Source: Silvanigrellaceae bacterium
Lineage (GTDB): Bacteria > Bdellovibrionota_B > Oligoflexia > Silvanigrellales > Silvanigrellaceae
Length of the DNA stretch: 57,086 nt
Reading direction: 5' to 3'
Assembly (NCBI GenBank): GCA_044356935.1
Contig: JBIKVI010000001.1
Location: 1 to 57,086 of the forward strand
Shown here: positions 45,705-55,039 of the stretch, piece after piece
Position numbering within the stretch: the stretch's first letter is position 1
Layout: every line of letters starts with the position of its first letter
Notes under the pieces: generated by a model
The model's database searches: none
What the model saw: only the letters and a program-made list of their open reading frames with translations
Told to the model about the DNA's origin: nothing
Program-made: the position numbers and the translations under genes

Positions 45705-47704
45705 CACTCCACGAACTCAAGGCCCGCTACTCGCGCCGAATGCTCCTCCTGGCGGCCGATGCGATTCTCGTGGTGGCTACGCTCCCTTTGGCGCTCGCGC
45801 TCAGGCTCGACCCAGCCGAGGCGGCCCGCTTTTTGGGCCATATAGGCTTCGACTACTACGCTCTGCTCGTGCTTCTTTCGGTGGCCAGCTCCTACATCGC
45901 GAAGTCGCATTTGGCCATCCTGCGCCTGGCGAACCTGTTCACCGCGCTACGCGTTGCGGGCGCCATGACGCTGTGTTTCGTGGGTTTCTACGTGTTTGCC
46001 ACACTGGTGTTCGCCTTCGAACCCGTGCTGCCCCGAACCACTATCCTCATCCAGACGCTCTTGGCGGTTCCCGCTGCCGTAACACTCCGCTTCTCGTTCC
46101 GTATCGGCGAGCGCATGGCGCTCGGAAGGGGGCAAGAAGGCAGGCGCACGCTCATTTACGGCGCCGGCCTCACCACCGACCGCATCCTGCCCATGATGCT
46201 GCGCACGCCCGACAAGTACGCCATCATCGGCCTCCTCGACGACAACCCCAGCAAGCGGGGCGCCGAGGTGCAGGGCGTGCGTGTCTTGGGAGGGCGAGAG
46301 CAGCTCGCACGCGTGGTGAAACGTCACGAGGTCGAACAGGTCATCATTGCCATGCCCAGCGTGCCCGGAACACAGCTCCGCGGCATCGTGCGTGAAATCG
46401 CCGCGTGCGGCGCCACGGCCAAAATCCTCCCCGACCCCGACGCCTTCCTCGCGGGCAACGCCCAGCGCCCCCTCGACGTGCGCGACCTCGACATTGCCGA
46501 CCTCCTGCGTCGTCCGCCCCGCGACCTCGATAGGGCGGCCATCCGCGACACGCTGCAGGGGAAGGTGGTGCTCGTTACCGGCGCGGGCGGCTCTATCGGC
46601 TCCGAGCTGTGTCGGCAGGTGGCTTTGGTTGGGCCCGCGCTCCTTGTGCTCAACGATGCCTCGGAGTTCGCCCTTTACCGCGTGCACCAGGAACTCGGGG
46701 AACGCTTTCCCGAGTTGGCCCTAGCCACAAGCCTCGGCGATGTCACCGACGCCGACTTCTGCGACGCCCTTTTCGCGCAGCGCCGGCCCCATGTCGTGTT
46801 CCATGCCTGCGCCTACAAACATGTTCCCTTGTGCGAGGAAAACGTCGTTGCGGCCTTCCGGAACAACGTCGGCTCGGCCTTCCGGATTTTCGACTCCGCC
46901 ACGCGTCACACTGTGGAGCGGGTCGTACTCATTTCTTCCGACAAGGCCGTGCGCCCAACCAACGTCATGGGTGCCACCAAGCGCATTTGCGAACTCCTCA
47001 CGCTTTGGTACGCGCAGCATCGCGGCAACGTCGCGACGCGCTTTTATAGCGTGCGGTTCGGGAACGTGCTGGGCAGTTCAGGCTCCGTCATCCCGCGATT
47101 CCTCGAGCAAATTCGCGCGGGCGGCCCCGTGACAGTCACCCATCCCGACATGACCCGTTACTTCCTGCTGATTCCGGAGGCCGCGGCGCTGGTTCTGCAG
47201 GCCGTGGCCAAAGCCAAGGCGCCTGGCGACATCTACGTTTTGAACATGGGCGAACCCGTGCGCATCGTCGACCTCGCACGCGATCTCATCGTGCTCATGG
47301 GCTTCGAACCCGACTCCGAAATCCCCATCGTGTTCTCAGGCATGCGGCCCGGCGAGAAGATGCACGAGGAGCTCAGCCTAGCAGGGGAAACCATGGAGGC
47401 GGTGAACGGCGACTACAACCGCATCACCAACCTGGTTGCCGTTCCGGAAGGCCTGCTCGAAGAGATTACCGCACTTCATGCGGAGAGCTGGCGCGTGGGC
47501 GACGCGGAGCTTGCGCGCCGCATCTTCGCCATCATCGGCCGTTTTGAGTCCATCGAGCCGCCGACGGGAGCCAATGCCGGATCCGCTGCCCAAACGCACG
47601 CGGCTTCAGGGGCTGTTCCGTCGCCTGAGACGCTTACCATCGACTCCTCTTCGCGGCATGAGTTCAGTCTGCCTCCCCTTGGACTCTCCCTTAAAAGGAC
47701 GTGA
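45701..47704 (+). CDS. Membrane-anchored UDP-GlcNAc 4,6-dehydratase (PglF/CapD/WbpM/WbgZ family)
   Basis: 4 N-terminal helices, VLVTGAGGSIGSELCRQV, MGATKRICELL. ATGA overlap upstream. Confidence 0.9.
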   Translation: MTLHELKARYSRRMLLLAADAILVVATLPLALALRLDPAEAARFLGHIGFDYYALLVLLSVASSYIAKSHLAILRLANLFTALRVAGAMTLCFVGFYVFATLVFAFEPVLPRTTILIQTLLAVPAAVTLRFSFRIGERMALGRGQEGRRTLIYGAGLTTDRILPMMLRTPDKYAIIGLLDDNPSKRGAEVQGVRVLGGREQLARVVKRHEVEQVIIAMPSVPGTQLRGIVREIAACGATAKILPDPDAFLAGNAQRPLDVRDLDIADLLRRPPRDLDRAAIRDTLQGKVVLVTGAGGSIGSELCRQVALVGPALLVLNDASEFALYRVHQELGERFPELALATSLGDVTDADFCDALFAQRRPHVVFHACAYKHVPLCEENVVAAFRNNVGSAFRIFDSATRHTVERVVLISSDKAVRPTNVMGATKRICELLTLWYAQHRGNVATRFYSVRFGNVLGSSGSVIPRFLEQIRAGGPVTVTHPDMTRYFLLIPEAAALVLQAVAKAKAPGDIYVLNMGEPVRIVDLARDLIVLMGFEPDSEIPIVFSGMRPGEKMHEELSLAGETMEAVNGDYNRITNLVAVPEGLLEEITALHAESWRVGDAELARRIFAIIGRFESIEPPTGANAGSAAQTHAASGAVPSPETLTIDSSSRHEFSLPPLGLSLKRT

Positions 47705-47711
47705 GGACGAC

Positions 47712-50123
47712 ATGATTGCGACACGCGCCAAAGCCTGGCTCGGCCCCCTGCTCCTCGCGCTCCTGCTCGCCTGCGTCGGATGGAGTGCGAGCGCCTTTTT
47801 GGCATCGGCCTTCGAAACGACCGGCGCAGACGAAGTCACTTATCTCGGCGCGCGCGGAAGCCAAGCGCAGTCGCGCACGTGGGCATTGACCCGGGACACC
47901 GGGGCAACGCCTGGTGCCACAGGCACGGCCGAAGCTCCCCCGTTCACAGCCACATTGATTGCGAACGGCCTCTTGCCAGACACGCGCGCCCTCGACCTCT
48001 TCGTTTCCTTTCCGCGCAATGTTCGTTCCGTTGACGCGCAGCTCGTGGACGAGGCAAGCGGCTGTTCTTGGACGCCCGCATCCGGCGACAACGTGCTCGC
48101 TGGAGAACGCATCCGTTTCGTGCGCAATGCCGGGCAGGCCGCCTGCGCCAACTCCGAGGCCGGAGATGCGGCAAGTGCAGTGATTGAGGCGGACTCGTCC
48201 CGCCGCCTGCGCCTGGAGATCAACGCTCCAGGCCTCAGCGCGGCCGCCCTCTTGGGCCATGATCTCGCTGCGCCCACTCAGGTGAGGCGCACTGAGCTCA
48301 TCGTCGCTGACCCTTCTGGGGGCTCGACCCGGTTCGTCGTCGATGCCCATGCGCTAAGGCCGTCGGGCGTGGCGCCCCGAGAGCGTGTTTCCTTGCTGGC
48401 GACGGTCTGGTCGGGTGCCGACTCGGGCAGGCAAACTTCCACCGCAAGCTCCTTGAAGGCCACGCTCGCCGCGCTCACAGTCGCACTTCTTCTGGGCGTC
48501 GTCGTGTTGTTGTTTCCTCGCAGAACAGCGTCGGCTCGCACATCGGCCGTGGCGTTTGGTTTGATCATCGGGCCCCTGTTTGGGCTGTGGGCTTTGGTCA
48601 TGCCTCCCCTTCAGGGCGCCGACGAACCCGATCACCTCCTATCGGGCTATCAGTTGGCTGCTCCACCCGCCGACGTCGCTCCGCTGCAAGCGGCGCTCGC
48701 CGACGAGGCCAAGCGTGTTCACTTCGAGCGCATCAAGTTCCAACGCACGGAAGGTTTCAATGCGGCCGACACGCTAAGCCCTTACCCTGTCGCTTGGGCA
48801 AGGCACGTTGCCGCCTTCGATCTCCCCGGCCGCTCGGCACTGGAGTCGGGCCTGTTCCGCTTCCACAGGCCCCGCGCCGAGAATGCCCCGTTCACTTACC
48901 TCCTGCAGCTGCGGCTCCTCATCGGTTTGTGGGTGGCCGCCTGCGGCGCCGCGTGCGCGTGGGTGCTCACACGGGTCAACGACGGAGAGACGCCCGCGGG
49001 CTTCCACGCCGTGGTGGCCCTGCTCGCCCTCACGCCAAGCGTTCCGCATTTTTCCACGCACGTCTCCAACTACGGTTTCCTTATCGGCTCGCTCCTGCTG
49101 GTGCTCTGCAGCGCGTCGGTGCGACCGCGCACGGAGCGTCAGGGCACGCTCAAGTTCGCCGCGCTGGGAGTGGCCTTCGCCTTCTGCGCCCTCTCGGGGC
49201 GCGCGGGCATCACCGCCTTGGCGCTGGTTCCCCTCGCGTCTTTGTGGAAACCGGCGGTGCCTGGCATTTCGTCGATGCGCCTGTGGAGCACGGCGTTTGT
49301 GGCCTTCGCCGCGCCGCTGGTGTTTGCCAAGCCGCAGAGTTTCGCCTTCCTCGGTCGGGGCTTCAGCGTCATCGCCGCCTGGGCGCCCAATGTTCCCGCC
49401 AATTTGCTGCTGGTGGGACTCTTCGGCGTGGCCTGCGTGGTCATGGCGCTCGTGGATCACGAACTTGCGAAGCGGGCGAGCCCGGCCTCCTACACCACGG
49501 CACCCGAGGGCCGGCGGCCCACGCAAGGGGAACGTCGCATCTACGCCGGGGCGGCTGGGTTCTTCCTGCTTGTGCTCATCGTCCCATGGGCGTTTCCGGT
49601 GACGCCCTTGCGCGACAACGAAACCGTGGAAGCCCTCAAAGGGGTGGCCTACGTGCTCGAGGTGGTTCCGCGTTTCTTTGCGGGCCTGGGCATCTCCAAT
49701 CCGGAATATTTCCTGACCTCATCGTATTGGTCGGGCTTCGGCTGGCTCGACACGACCTTCAGCCGACGACTCCTGCGCGTGCTGAAGTGCGTGCCCGCAG
49801 CGCTCGCACTCCTGGCGATCGCGGGATGGTGGTACCGCTCCGACGGCAAGCGTCCGTTGGCGTTCTTGGCGTCGTCGTGGCTCCTCGCCGGAATCGCCGT
49901 GGCCCTCTTGGCCTTCGCTATTTCCTTCGAGCGGGTGAATCTGCACGGCCGGTCGCTCGTGCTTCCCTACATGGTTCTTCTCGCGGGCGCCCTCCTGCCC
50001 CTAGCTATGGGGCGTGCCAACCGCGAGTTGAACTGGGTGCCCACGCGCCTGCTCGCAGCCGCGGCCATCGGTGTTCAGTTCTACGCCCTGCGGTTCGTGC
50101 TCGAGCGCCACTTTCCCTTTTGA
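47712..50123 (+). CDS. Large polytopic membrane protein, DUF2142-like (candidate GT-C-type glycosyltransferase), paralog A
   Basis: TM1 + ~300-aa extracytoplasmic region + multi-helix domain. Shares the motifs PPLQGADEPDHLL, RVHFERIKF, VLEVVPRFFAGLG and YWSGFGWLD with the convergent paralog. Confidence 0.6.
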   Translation: MIATRAKAWLGPLLLALLLACVGWSASAFLASAFETTGADEVTYLGARGSQAQSRTWALTRDTGATPGATGTAEAPPFTATLIANGLLPDTRALDLFVSFPRNVRSVDAQLVDEASGCSWTPASGDNVLAGERIRFVRNAGQAACANSEAGDAASAVIEADSSRRLRLEINAPGLSAAALLGHDLAAPTQVRRTELIVADPSGGSTRFVVDAHALRPSGVAPRERVSLLATVWSGADSGRQTSTASSLKATLAALTVALLLGVVVLLFPRRTASARTSAVAFGLIIGPLFGLWALVMPPLQGADEPDHLLSGYQLAAPPADVAPLQAALADEAKRVHFERIKFQRTEGFNAADTLSPYPVAWARHVAAFDLPGRSALESGLFRFHRPRAENAPFTYLLQLRLLIGLWVAACGAACAWVLTRVNDGETPAGFHAVVALLALTPSVPHFSTHVSNYGFLIGSLLLVLCSASVRPRTERQGTLKFAALGVAFAFCALSGRAGITALALVPLASLWKPAVPGISSMRLWSTAFVAFAAPLVFAKPQSFAFLGRGFSVIAAWAPNVPANLLLVGLFGVACVVMALVDHELAKRASPASYTTAPEGRRPTQGERRIYAGAAGFFLLVLIVPWAFPVTPLRDNETVEALKGVAYVLEVVPRFFAGLGISNPEYFLTSSYWSGFGWLDTTFSRRLLRVLKCVPAALALLAIAGWWYRSDGKRPLAFLASSWLLAGIAVALLAFAISFERVNLHGRSLVLPYMVLLAGALLPLAMGRANRELNWVPTRLLAAAAIGVQFYALRFVLERHFPF

Positions 50124-50179
50124 AGTCGGCGTCTCTCAGCTGGGCGTCGTTCGTAGAACTGCCAGGTCGAGGCGGTAGA

Positions 50180-50229
50180 GGGGGCGACCCGACGCAGCAT
50201 ACGAAAGGGTATGTGAGGAGGGCGCCCCC
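50180..50229. terminator. Possible bidirectional hairpin between convergent genes
   Basis: GGGGGCG (50180-50186) pairs with CGCCCCC (50223-50229). Inner stem CATAC/GTATG (50198-50202 / 50209-50213). No U-tract. Confidence 0.3.
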
Positions 50230-50269
50230 GAAGACCAACGAAGAGATGGAGGTTCTACGAGCGACGCCC

Positions 50270-52627
50270 TCAGCCGAAGTAACGCGCCAGTACCACAGTG
50301 ACAGCGTACAAGTGGAAGGCGCAGCCCCCGGCAACCAAGGCAATGGGAAGCGTCGAGGTCACGGCCTTGGCGCGCGCCCGCTCAGCGCATTCGAGGAGCA
50401 ATGGCGCCAGGGTGGACATGAGCAAGAGCTGGTATGAAATAATCAGGTAGCGACCGTGCAGGTTAATGGTTTCTTGCGCCACCGCGAAGGCTTGGGCGGC
50501 CGCAATGACCGTCGCGCCCGCGAATCCCAATCCCACCAAGGCGAGCCTCGAGGTGCGGACCGGGGCTCGCGCGTTGAGGATGAGAAGGCCGCAGGCGGCC
50601 AATAAGGGAACAAGTTTCACAACGCGCACGAGCCGCCGCGGCAACTCCACATCGAGCCACCCAAAGCCCGACCAAAACGACTGCACGAGGTACGGGTCAG
50701 CCTTCCCGAAGCCAAGACCCGCAAGGAAACGCGGAACGACTTCGAGCGCGTAGGCCAAGCGTCCGGGCCTCGTGGCCCGCTCGATGCTGTCCAACGGCTG
50801 AAATTTAAAGATGAGGGGCAAGACGGCAATGGCCAGAAGCCCTAGCGCGAGTCCCCAGGGCAGGAACCGACGCACGCCGTGGCGCAGGTGTTTAGGCGTG
50901 AAATGGCGGAACGCTCGCACGATGCCTTCTACGGCCACGCCCGACGCAAGGACGCCCACGATGACCGCGAAGCTCAAGAACTTGCCCCAGCCAAGGGAAA
51001 TGCCGAACTTGCGCAGGGCGAAATCGAGGTGGCCGAAGTTGTCATCGGGAATCAACAAAACCCAGAGCGCAGCAAGGGAACTGGCCCAAGCCCACGGCAC
51101 GAGCCACGCCAAGCGGCGCGCTGGCGCATCCGCTGGCAGGGCGACGTTCTCCTGAGCGCGCAATGCCCGCACCACGGCAACCACGTGGAGAACAACGAGC
51201 ACCGGCAACCCGTTTCGGCTCGCCAAAACGCATGCAACGACGCCGCCACCCAAAAGAAGTCCGTCGACGGATGCGCGCCCGCTCTCGCGCGCCGCGCTAG
51301 CCAACAAGAGCAAGAGGCCTGCGATGATGAACGCGTAGTTGGACATCTGGACGCCGAAAAACGCGATCACAGGAACGAGCAGCGGCACGATGATCCCGAG
51401 TTCGCCCGCTCCTAAGACGTCCGTTTTACGGCGCCACGCCAACACAACCAGTCCGAATGAGAGCACGAGCAGAAGAACATTGGCTCCGCGAAAGGCCGCA
51501 AGCAGAGGGAACGCGGCCATGTCGTCGCCAAACACATTCGAGAACAGGGCGAACAAAGACGCATAGAGCGGCGAGCGATCGACGACGTCGTAGCCGTCCA
51601 CATGCGGCGCCCAGGCTTCGGGGTAAGGTTCCGCCTCGTAGGCGGCATTGAACTTCTCAATGGAGCGGAACTTGACCCTTTCGAAGTGAATACGACGCGC
51701 CTGCTCCTCCATGGAGGCCACAAGCCCGCTCTGCGCGGGTTCCGGCAAGGTGTAGGCGTACGAGAGCAGGTGATCGGGTTCGTCGGGGGCCTGGAAGGGC
51801 GGAAATGCCGAGGCCCAAAGGCCCGTCGTGCCCAACGCGACGCCCACGAGAGCCCATGGCAGGACACGGCGGCGCGCGGCGCCCAAGCGACCTGCAAAGG
51901 CCGCCACCGACAGAAGCGAGGAAACAACGAGGAGTGCCAAGGAAACATGCACCGCCCATAAAACGAGCGGTGAGTCGTGACGGCCCGTCCACTGCCAGGC
52001 GAGGAGCTCGAGGCGCGAACGGGCTGGCTCGGACGTCGCGTACACATAGTGGCCTCGAAGAGATCGATAGTTCGTTCCCCCCGCTCCGATGGGGCGTTCC
52101 CACCCCCAGAAGCCCAGGTCGAGGAGCCTGTCTTTGGTTTTGCGCAGCTCCCACAACTTGCCGTTGGTTCCGCAACTCTTCCAACGCTCATCGAGCGGAA
52201 TGCGGATGGATCCGTCGGCCTCGAAGGTGGCATCCGGAGGCGTTGAAAACACGCATTCACTCCTACCGGGCAGGAGGAGCCTCAACGGGGGAGGACGCGC
52301 AGGGAGCCTCTCGAACGAGGGAAAAAGCGTGATCGCGACTTCATCGCCCCTAATCAGCCCGAGCCGGAATCGTAACGTAGGGATCGCTTTGCGGCCTGAC
52401 CACAAGCGCTGCACTTCCATGGGAAGCATGAGCTCGGGGTTAATCCATCGCTTGGCCTCGGCGGGCACGGGAGTGTGCAGCGACCTCAGAGAGAGCACAG
52501 CGCAAACGACGACTCCCGCCGCGCAAACCCACGGCATGCCGCGCGCCGCGAGTCTCCCGCTGTGGGCAAAATGGGGTAGGCCCCGCGCCACCAGGGCTTT
52601 CCATCGACTGACCCATGATGCCGTCAT
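50270..52627 (-). CDS. Large polytopic membrane protein, DUF2142-like, paralog B
   Basis: Same architecture. Motifs PPFQAPDEPDHLL, RIHFERVKF, ALEVVPRFLAGLG, FWSGFGWLD. ATG 52627 overlaps the upstream stop (ATGA). The ORF is open to 52852. Confidence 0.6.
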   Translation of the reverse strand: MTASWVSRWKALVARGLPHFAHSGRLAARGMPWVCAAGVVVCAVLSLRSLHTPVPAEAKRWINPELMLPMEVQRLWSGRKAIPTLRFRLGLIRGDEVAITLFPSFERLPARPPPLRLLLPGRSECVFSTPPDATFEADGSIRIPLDERWKSCGTNGKLWELRKTKDRLLDLGFWGWERPIGAGGTNYRSLRGHYVYATSEPARSRLELLAWQWTGRHDSPLVLWAVHVSLALLVVSSLLSVAAFAGRLGAARRRVLPWALVGVALGTTGLWASAFPPFQAPDEPDHLLSYAYTLPEPAQSGLVASMEEQARRIHFERVKFRSIEKFNAAYEAEPYPEAWAPHVDGYDVVDRSPLYASLFALFSNVFGDDMAAFPLLAAFRGANVLLLVLSFGLVVLAWRRKTDVLGAGELGIIVPLLVPVIAFFGVQMSNYAFIIAGLLLLLASAARESGRASVDGLLLGGGVVACVLASRNGLPVLVVLHVVAVVRALRAQENVALPADAPARRLAWLVPWAWASSLAALWVLLIPDDNFGHLDFALRKFGISLGWGKFLSFAVIVGVLASGVAVEGIVRAFRHFTPKHLRHGVRRFLPWGLALGLLAIAVLPLIFKFQPLDSIERATRPGRLAYALEVVPRFLAGLGFGKADPYLVQSFWSGFGWLDVELPRRLVRVVKLVPLLAACGLLILNARAPVRTSRLALVGLGFAGATVIAAAQAFAVAQETINLHGRYLIISYQLLLMSTLAPLLLECAERARAKAVTSTLPIALVAGGCAFHLYAVTVVLARYFG

Positions 52628-53817
52628 GTCAAAGCCTTCCGTTCGACTTTCCCTCTGCCCGCATGCCGTCGCGCAAGGGCAACAAGGTAATGCCGCACGA
52701 GATCCCGAACGTTCTCGCGCCAAGAGTAGTGGGAGAGGACGCGGGCACGCGCCGCGGCACCCAAGCGCGCGCGCTCTGCCGGGTCCGCGAGAAGGCGCCG
52801 CAAGGCCGCTGCCGCCGCGGCCGCGTCGCCGCGGGGAACGATGACGCCGCACGACGCATCGCCAACCACTTCCTTAAAGCCGGACACATCGCTCACGACC
52901 ACGGCAAGCTCGCAGGACATGGCCTCCACCACGGCAACGCCGAAGCTCTCGCTGTCGTCGATGCTCAGGGCGCAGAACACGTCGAGAGACGACAGGAAGG
53001 CGGGAACCTCCGCATTCGGAATGCGTCCGAGGAATCGCGTACGCGAGTCAATGCCCAGGGTGCGGGCCAGCTCTTCGAGTGCCTGCCGTGCGCTGCCCTC
53101 ACCAACGATTTGCAGCTCGGCGTCTTGTGTCGTTCCATGGCGCGTGGCCTCTGCAAAGGCGCGCAGGAGGAGGTCAACTCCGTACTTGGGCTCCAGCGCC
53201 TTGCACAGTCCTACTCGCAGCGGGCGAGTAGCCACAGGGGCTGCAGGCGCAATAGGGTAATTAGGGGTGGGTTCGGTGGATGGCGCGATTCGACGAAACT
53301 TCTCGACATCGACGCCAAACGGCACCACGGGAATTTCCCGCAAATCGGGAAAGAGCGCGCGCGTGTGCGCGGCCATGGATAGGCTCGTCGAAAACAGCTC
53401 GCCGGCAGTCCGCAAATTGCGCCCGAGGAGCCAGCGGTTGAAGGCCGACCGGTAAGGGAACTCGTAGACGTCCATGCCCCACACGCTCAGGAACGTGACG
53501 GGGTGATTGACGAAGGAAAGCAGTGTTCCGTAGCCCGATGCGTAATGCGCGTGAACGACGTTGAACCGACCCGCACTTACGATGTTGCGCAAGCGAAGCC
53601 CGTTGAGAAAGTAGCCAAACGGGGCGCGAAAAGGGAGTGCGTGGACGACGATCCCAGAAAGGTACGCATCGTGGGCGCTCGGAAGATGATTGGAGCACGT
53701 AGCCACTTCCACGGCCCACCCTTCCGCCGCGAGGGCATTGGCCCAGCGGACGGTATGAATCGACTTCGCGGGTGCCACGATGAGCACGCGGCGGCATTCT
53801 GTGGGCGACTGACTCAC
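52624..53817 (-). CDS. GT-B glycosyltransferase, family 1 (GT4-like)
   Basis: RVLIVAPAKSIHTVRWANAL and EX7E region ESFGVAVVEAMSCELAVVVSDVSG. Confidence 0.85.
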   Translation of the reverse strand: MSQSPTECRRVLIVAPAKSIHTVRWANALAAEGWAVEVATCSNHLPSAHDAYLSGIVVHALPFRAPFGYFLNGLRLRNIVSAGRFNVVHAHYASGYGTLLSFVNHPVTFLSVWGMDVYEFPYRSAFNRWLLGRNLRTAGELFSTSLSMAAHTRALFPDLREIPVVPFGVDVEKFRRIAPSTEPTPNYPIAPAAPVATRPLRVGLCKALEPKYGVDLLLRAFAEATRHGTTQDAELQIVGEGSARQALEELARTLGIDSRTRFLGRIPNAEVPAFLSSLDVFCALSIDDSESFGVAVVEAMSCELAVVVSDVSGFKEVVGDASCGVIVPRGDAAAAAAALRRLLADPAERARLGAAARARVLSHYSWRENVRDLVRHYLVALARRHAGRGKVERKALT

Positions 53818-53827
53818 AGCATCGTCC

Positions 53828-55039
53828 TCACGCTAAGAACTTTCGCGCGAGCACGCTCGTAAGATGGTTTGCCATGACGAAATCGCGTCCGCGTTGCCCC
53901 ATGGCCTCCCGTTCGGCAGCGGGTAAGGCGCGGAGACGACGCACCGCCTCCGCGAGCGCTTGCGGGTCTTCGGGAGCCGGGCTGAAACCGCAGCCCGCCT
54001 CGGCGACAAGGTCGTTGCCCGCCGCGATGGCCTGAATGATGGGCTTGCCGCTCATCATGTAGTCGAACAGTTTGTTGGGCGAAATTCCGAAGCGGTAGAG
54101 GGGGCTGCCATGGAGCGCGATGCACAGGGCATCGACGTTCGCCAGGAGTTCGGGCACCTGACGTTTGGGCACTGAACCTAAAAACAATGCGTTGGTGAGC
54201 CCAGCGTCTTTTGCTTGCGCTATGAGTTTCTCGCGTTCGGGCCCCTTGCCGACGAACACGAACGCCACCTTTTCGTTTTTGAGAAGCGCGGCAGCACCAA
54301 GGAGCACCTCGAGTGCGTTCGAGAGACCGTGCGCTCCCACGTACCCAACGAGGAAAGTGCCCTGCGCCCGGAGGTTCGCGAGCGTGGCCACATGTTCGCC
54401 GCCCAAGGGTTCGACGTCGGTCCACTCGTCCATCTCGATGCCGTTGGGCACGTGGTGGAACTTCTCGGCCGCCATACCACGGGACATGAGATGTTCCTTG
54501 GCCTTTGGCAATATGGAGACGATCTTGTCGCTGCGGCGGCAAGCGAAGTCTTCCGCGAACTGAATAAGTCGAATGTAGGGATGCGAGGGCGAGTAGCCGC
54601 CCACTTCAATGGGGGCCAGGGGCCAGAGATCGTGGACCTCGAAGACGAGCTTGGCGCCCCCGAGCCGCGCGATGAGCCAGCAAGGAAAGATGTCCAGCGG
54701 GTAGGTGGACGACGCGACGACGACGTCGGGACGGCGCAGGGCGAACCACGGAGCCAGCACCACGAGCCACGTGAGGAAGGCGAGCATGTTGATCATGCGG
54801 CCCAGGCCGTTGCCCTGATAGCTGTTTGTGGGCAGCCAGAAGTAACGCACGCCCTCCACGCGCTCCTCCTTGGGAAGGAAGCCCACCGAAGGTTGCTTGG
54901 AGCGCACGTGCGATTGGCTCGCCGCCGCGATGGTGACGTCGTGCCCGTCGGCGAGCCACTGGCGGGCGAAGTAGAAAGGACGAAACTCCATGCCGTGGCG
55001 CGGACTGCCCGCGTAGTGGTTTACGTAAAGGATGTTCAT
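53828..55039 (-). CDS. GT-B glycosyltransferase, WbuB-like (GT4)
   Basis: MNILYVNHYAGSPRHGMEFRPFYFARQW is a typical WbuB-type N-terminus. Follows the 2-epimerase gene. Confidence 0.8.
   Translation of the reverse strand: MNILYVNHYAGSPRHGMEFRPFYFARQWLADGHDVTIAAASQSHVRSKQPSVGFLPKEERVEGVRYFWLPTNSYQGNGLGRMINMLAFLTWLVVLAPWFALRRPDVVVASSTYPLDIFPCWLIARLGGAKLVFEVHDLWPLAPIEVGGYSPSHPYIRLIQFAEDFACRRSDKIVSILPKAKEHLMSRGMAAEKFHHVPNGIEMDEWTDVEPLGGEHVATLANLRAQGTFLVGYVGAHGLSNALEVLLGAAALLKNEKVAFVFVGKGPEREKLIAQAKDAGLTNALFLGSVPKRQVPELLANVDALCIALHGSPLYRFGISPNKLFDYMMSGKPIIQAIAAGNDLVAEAGCGFSPAPEDPQALAEAVRRLRALPAAEREAMGQRGRDFVMANHLTSVLARKFLA

Noticed and set aside
50171-50178. GGCGGTAG, identical to the core of the RfaH ops/JUMPstart element
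   Set aside because: It lies downstream of a stop codon between two convergent genes, not in an operon leader. A single 8-mer match is expected by chance in a GC-rich window of this size. No such element was seen in the leader regions I checked (1-306, 4511-4637, 29543-29653, 56149-56226).
48587-50437. 616-aa ORF in an alternative plus frame
   Set aside because: Its translation is extremely Arg/Gly/Pro/Ala-rich. It lies out of frame inside DUF2142-like paralog A and runs across the convergent intergenic region into antisense of paralog B. It is a GC-driven open frame, not a gene.
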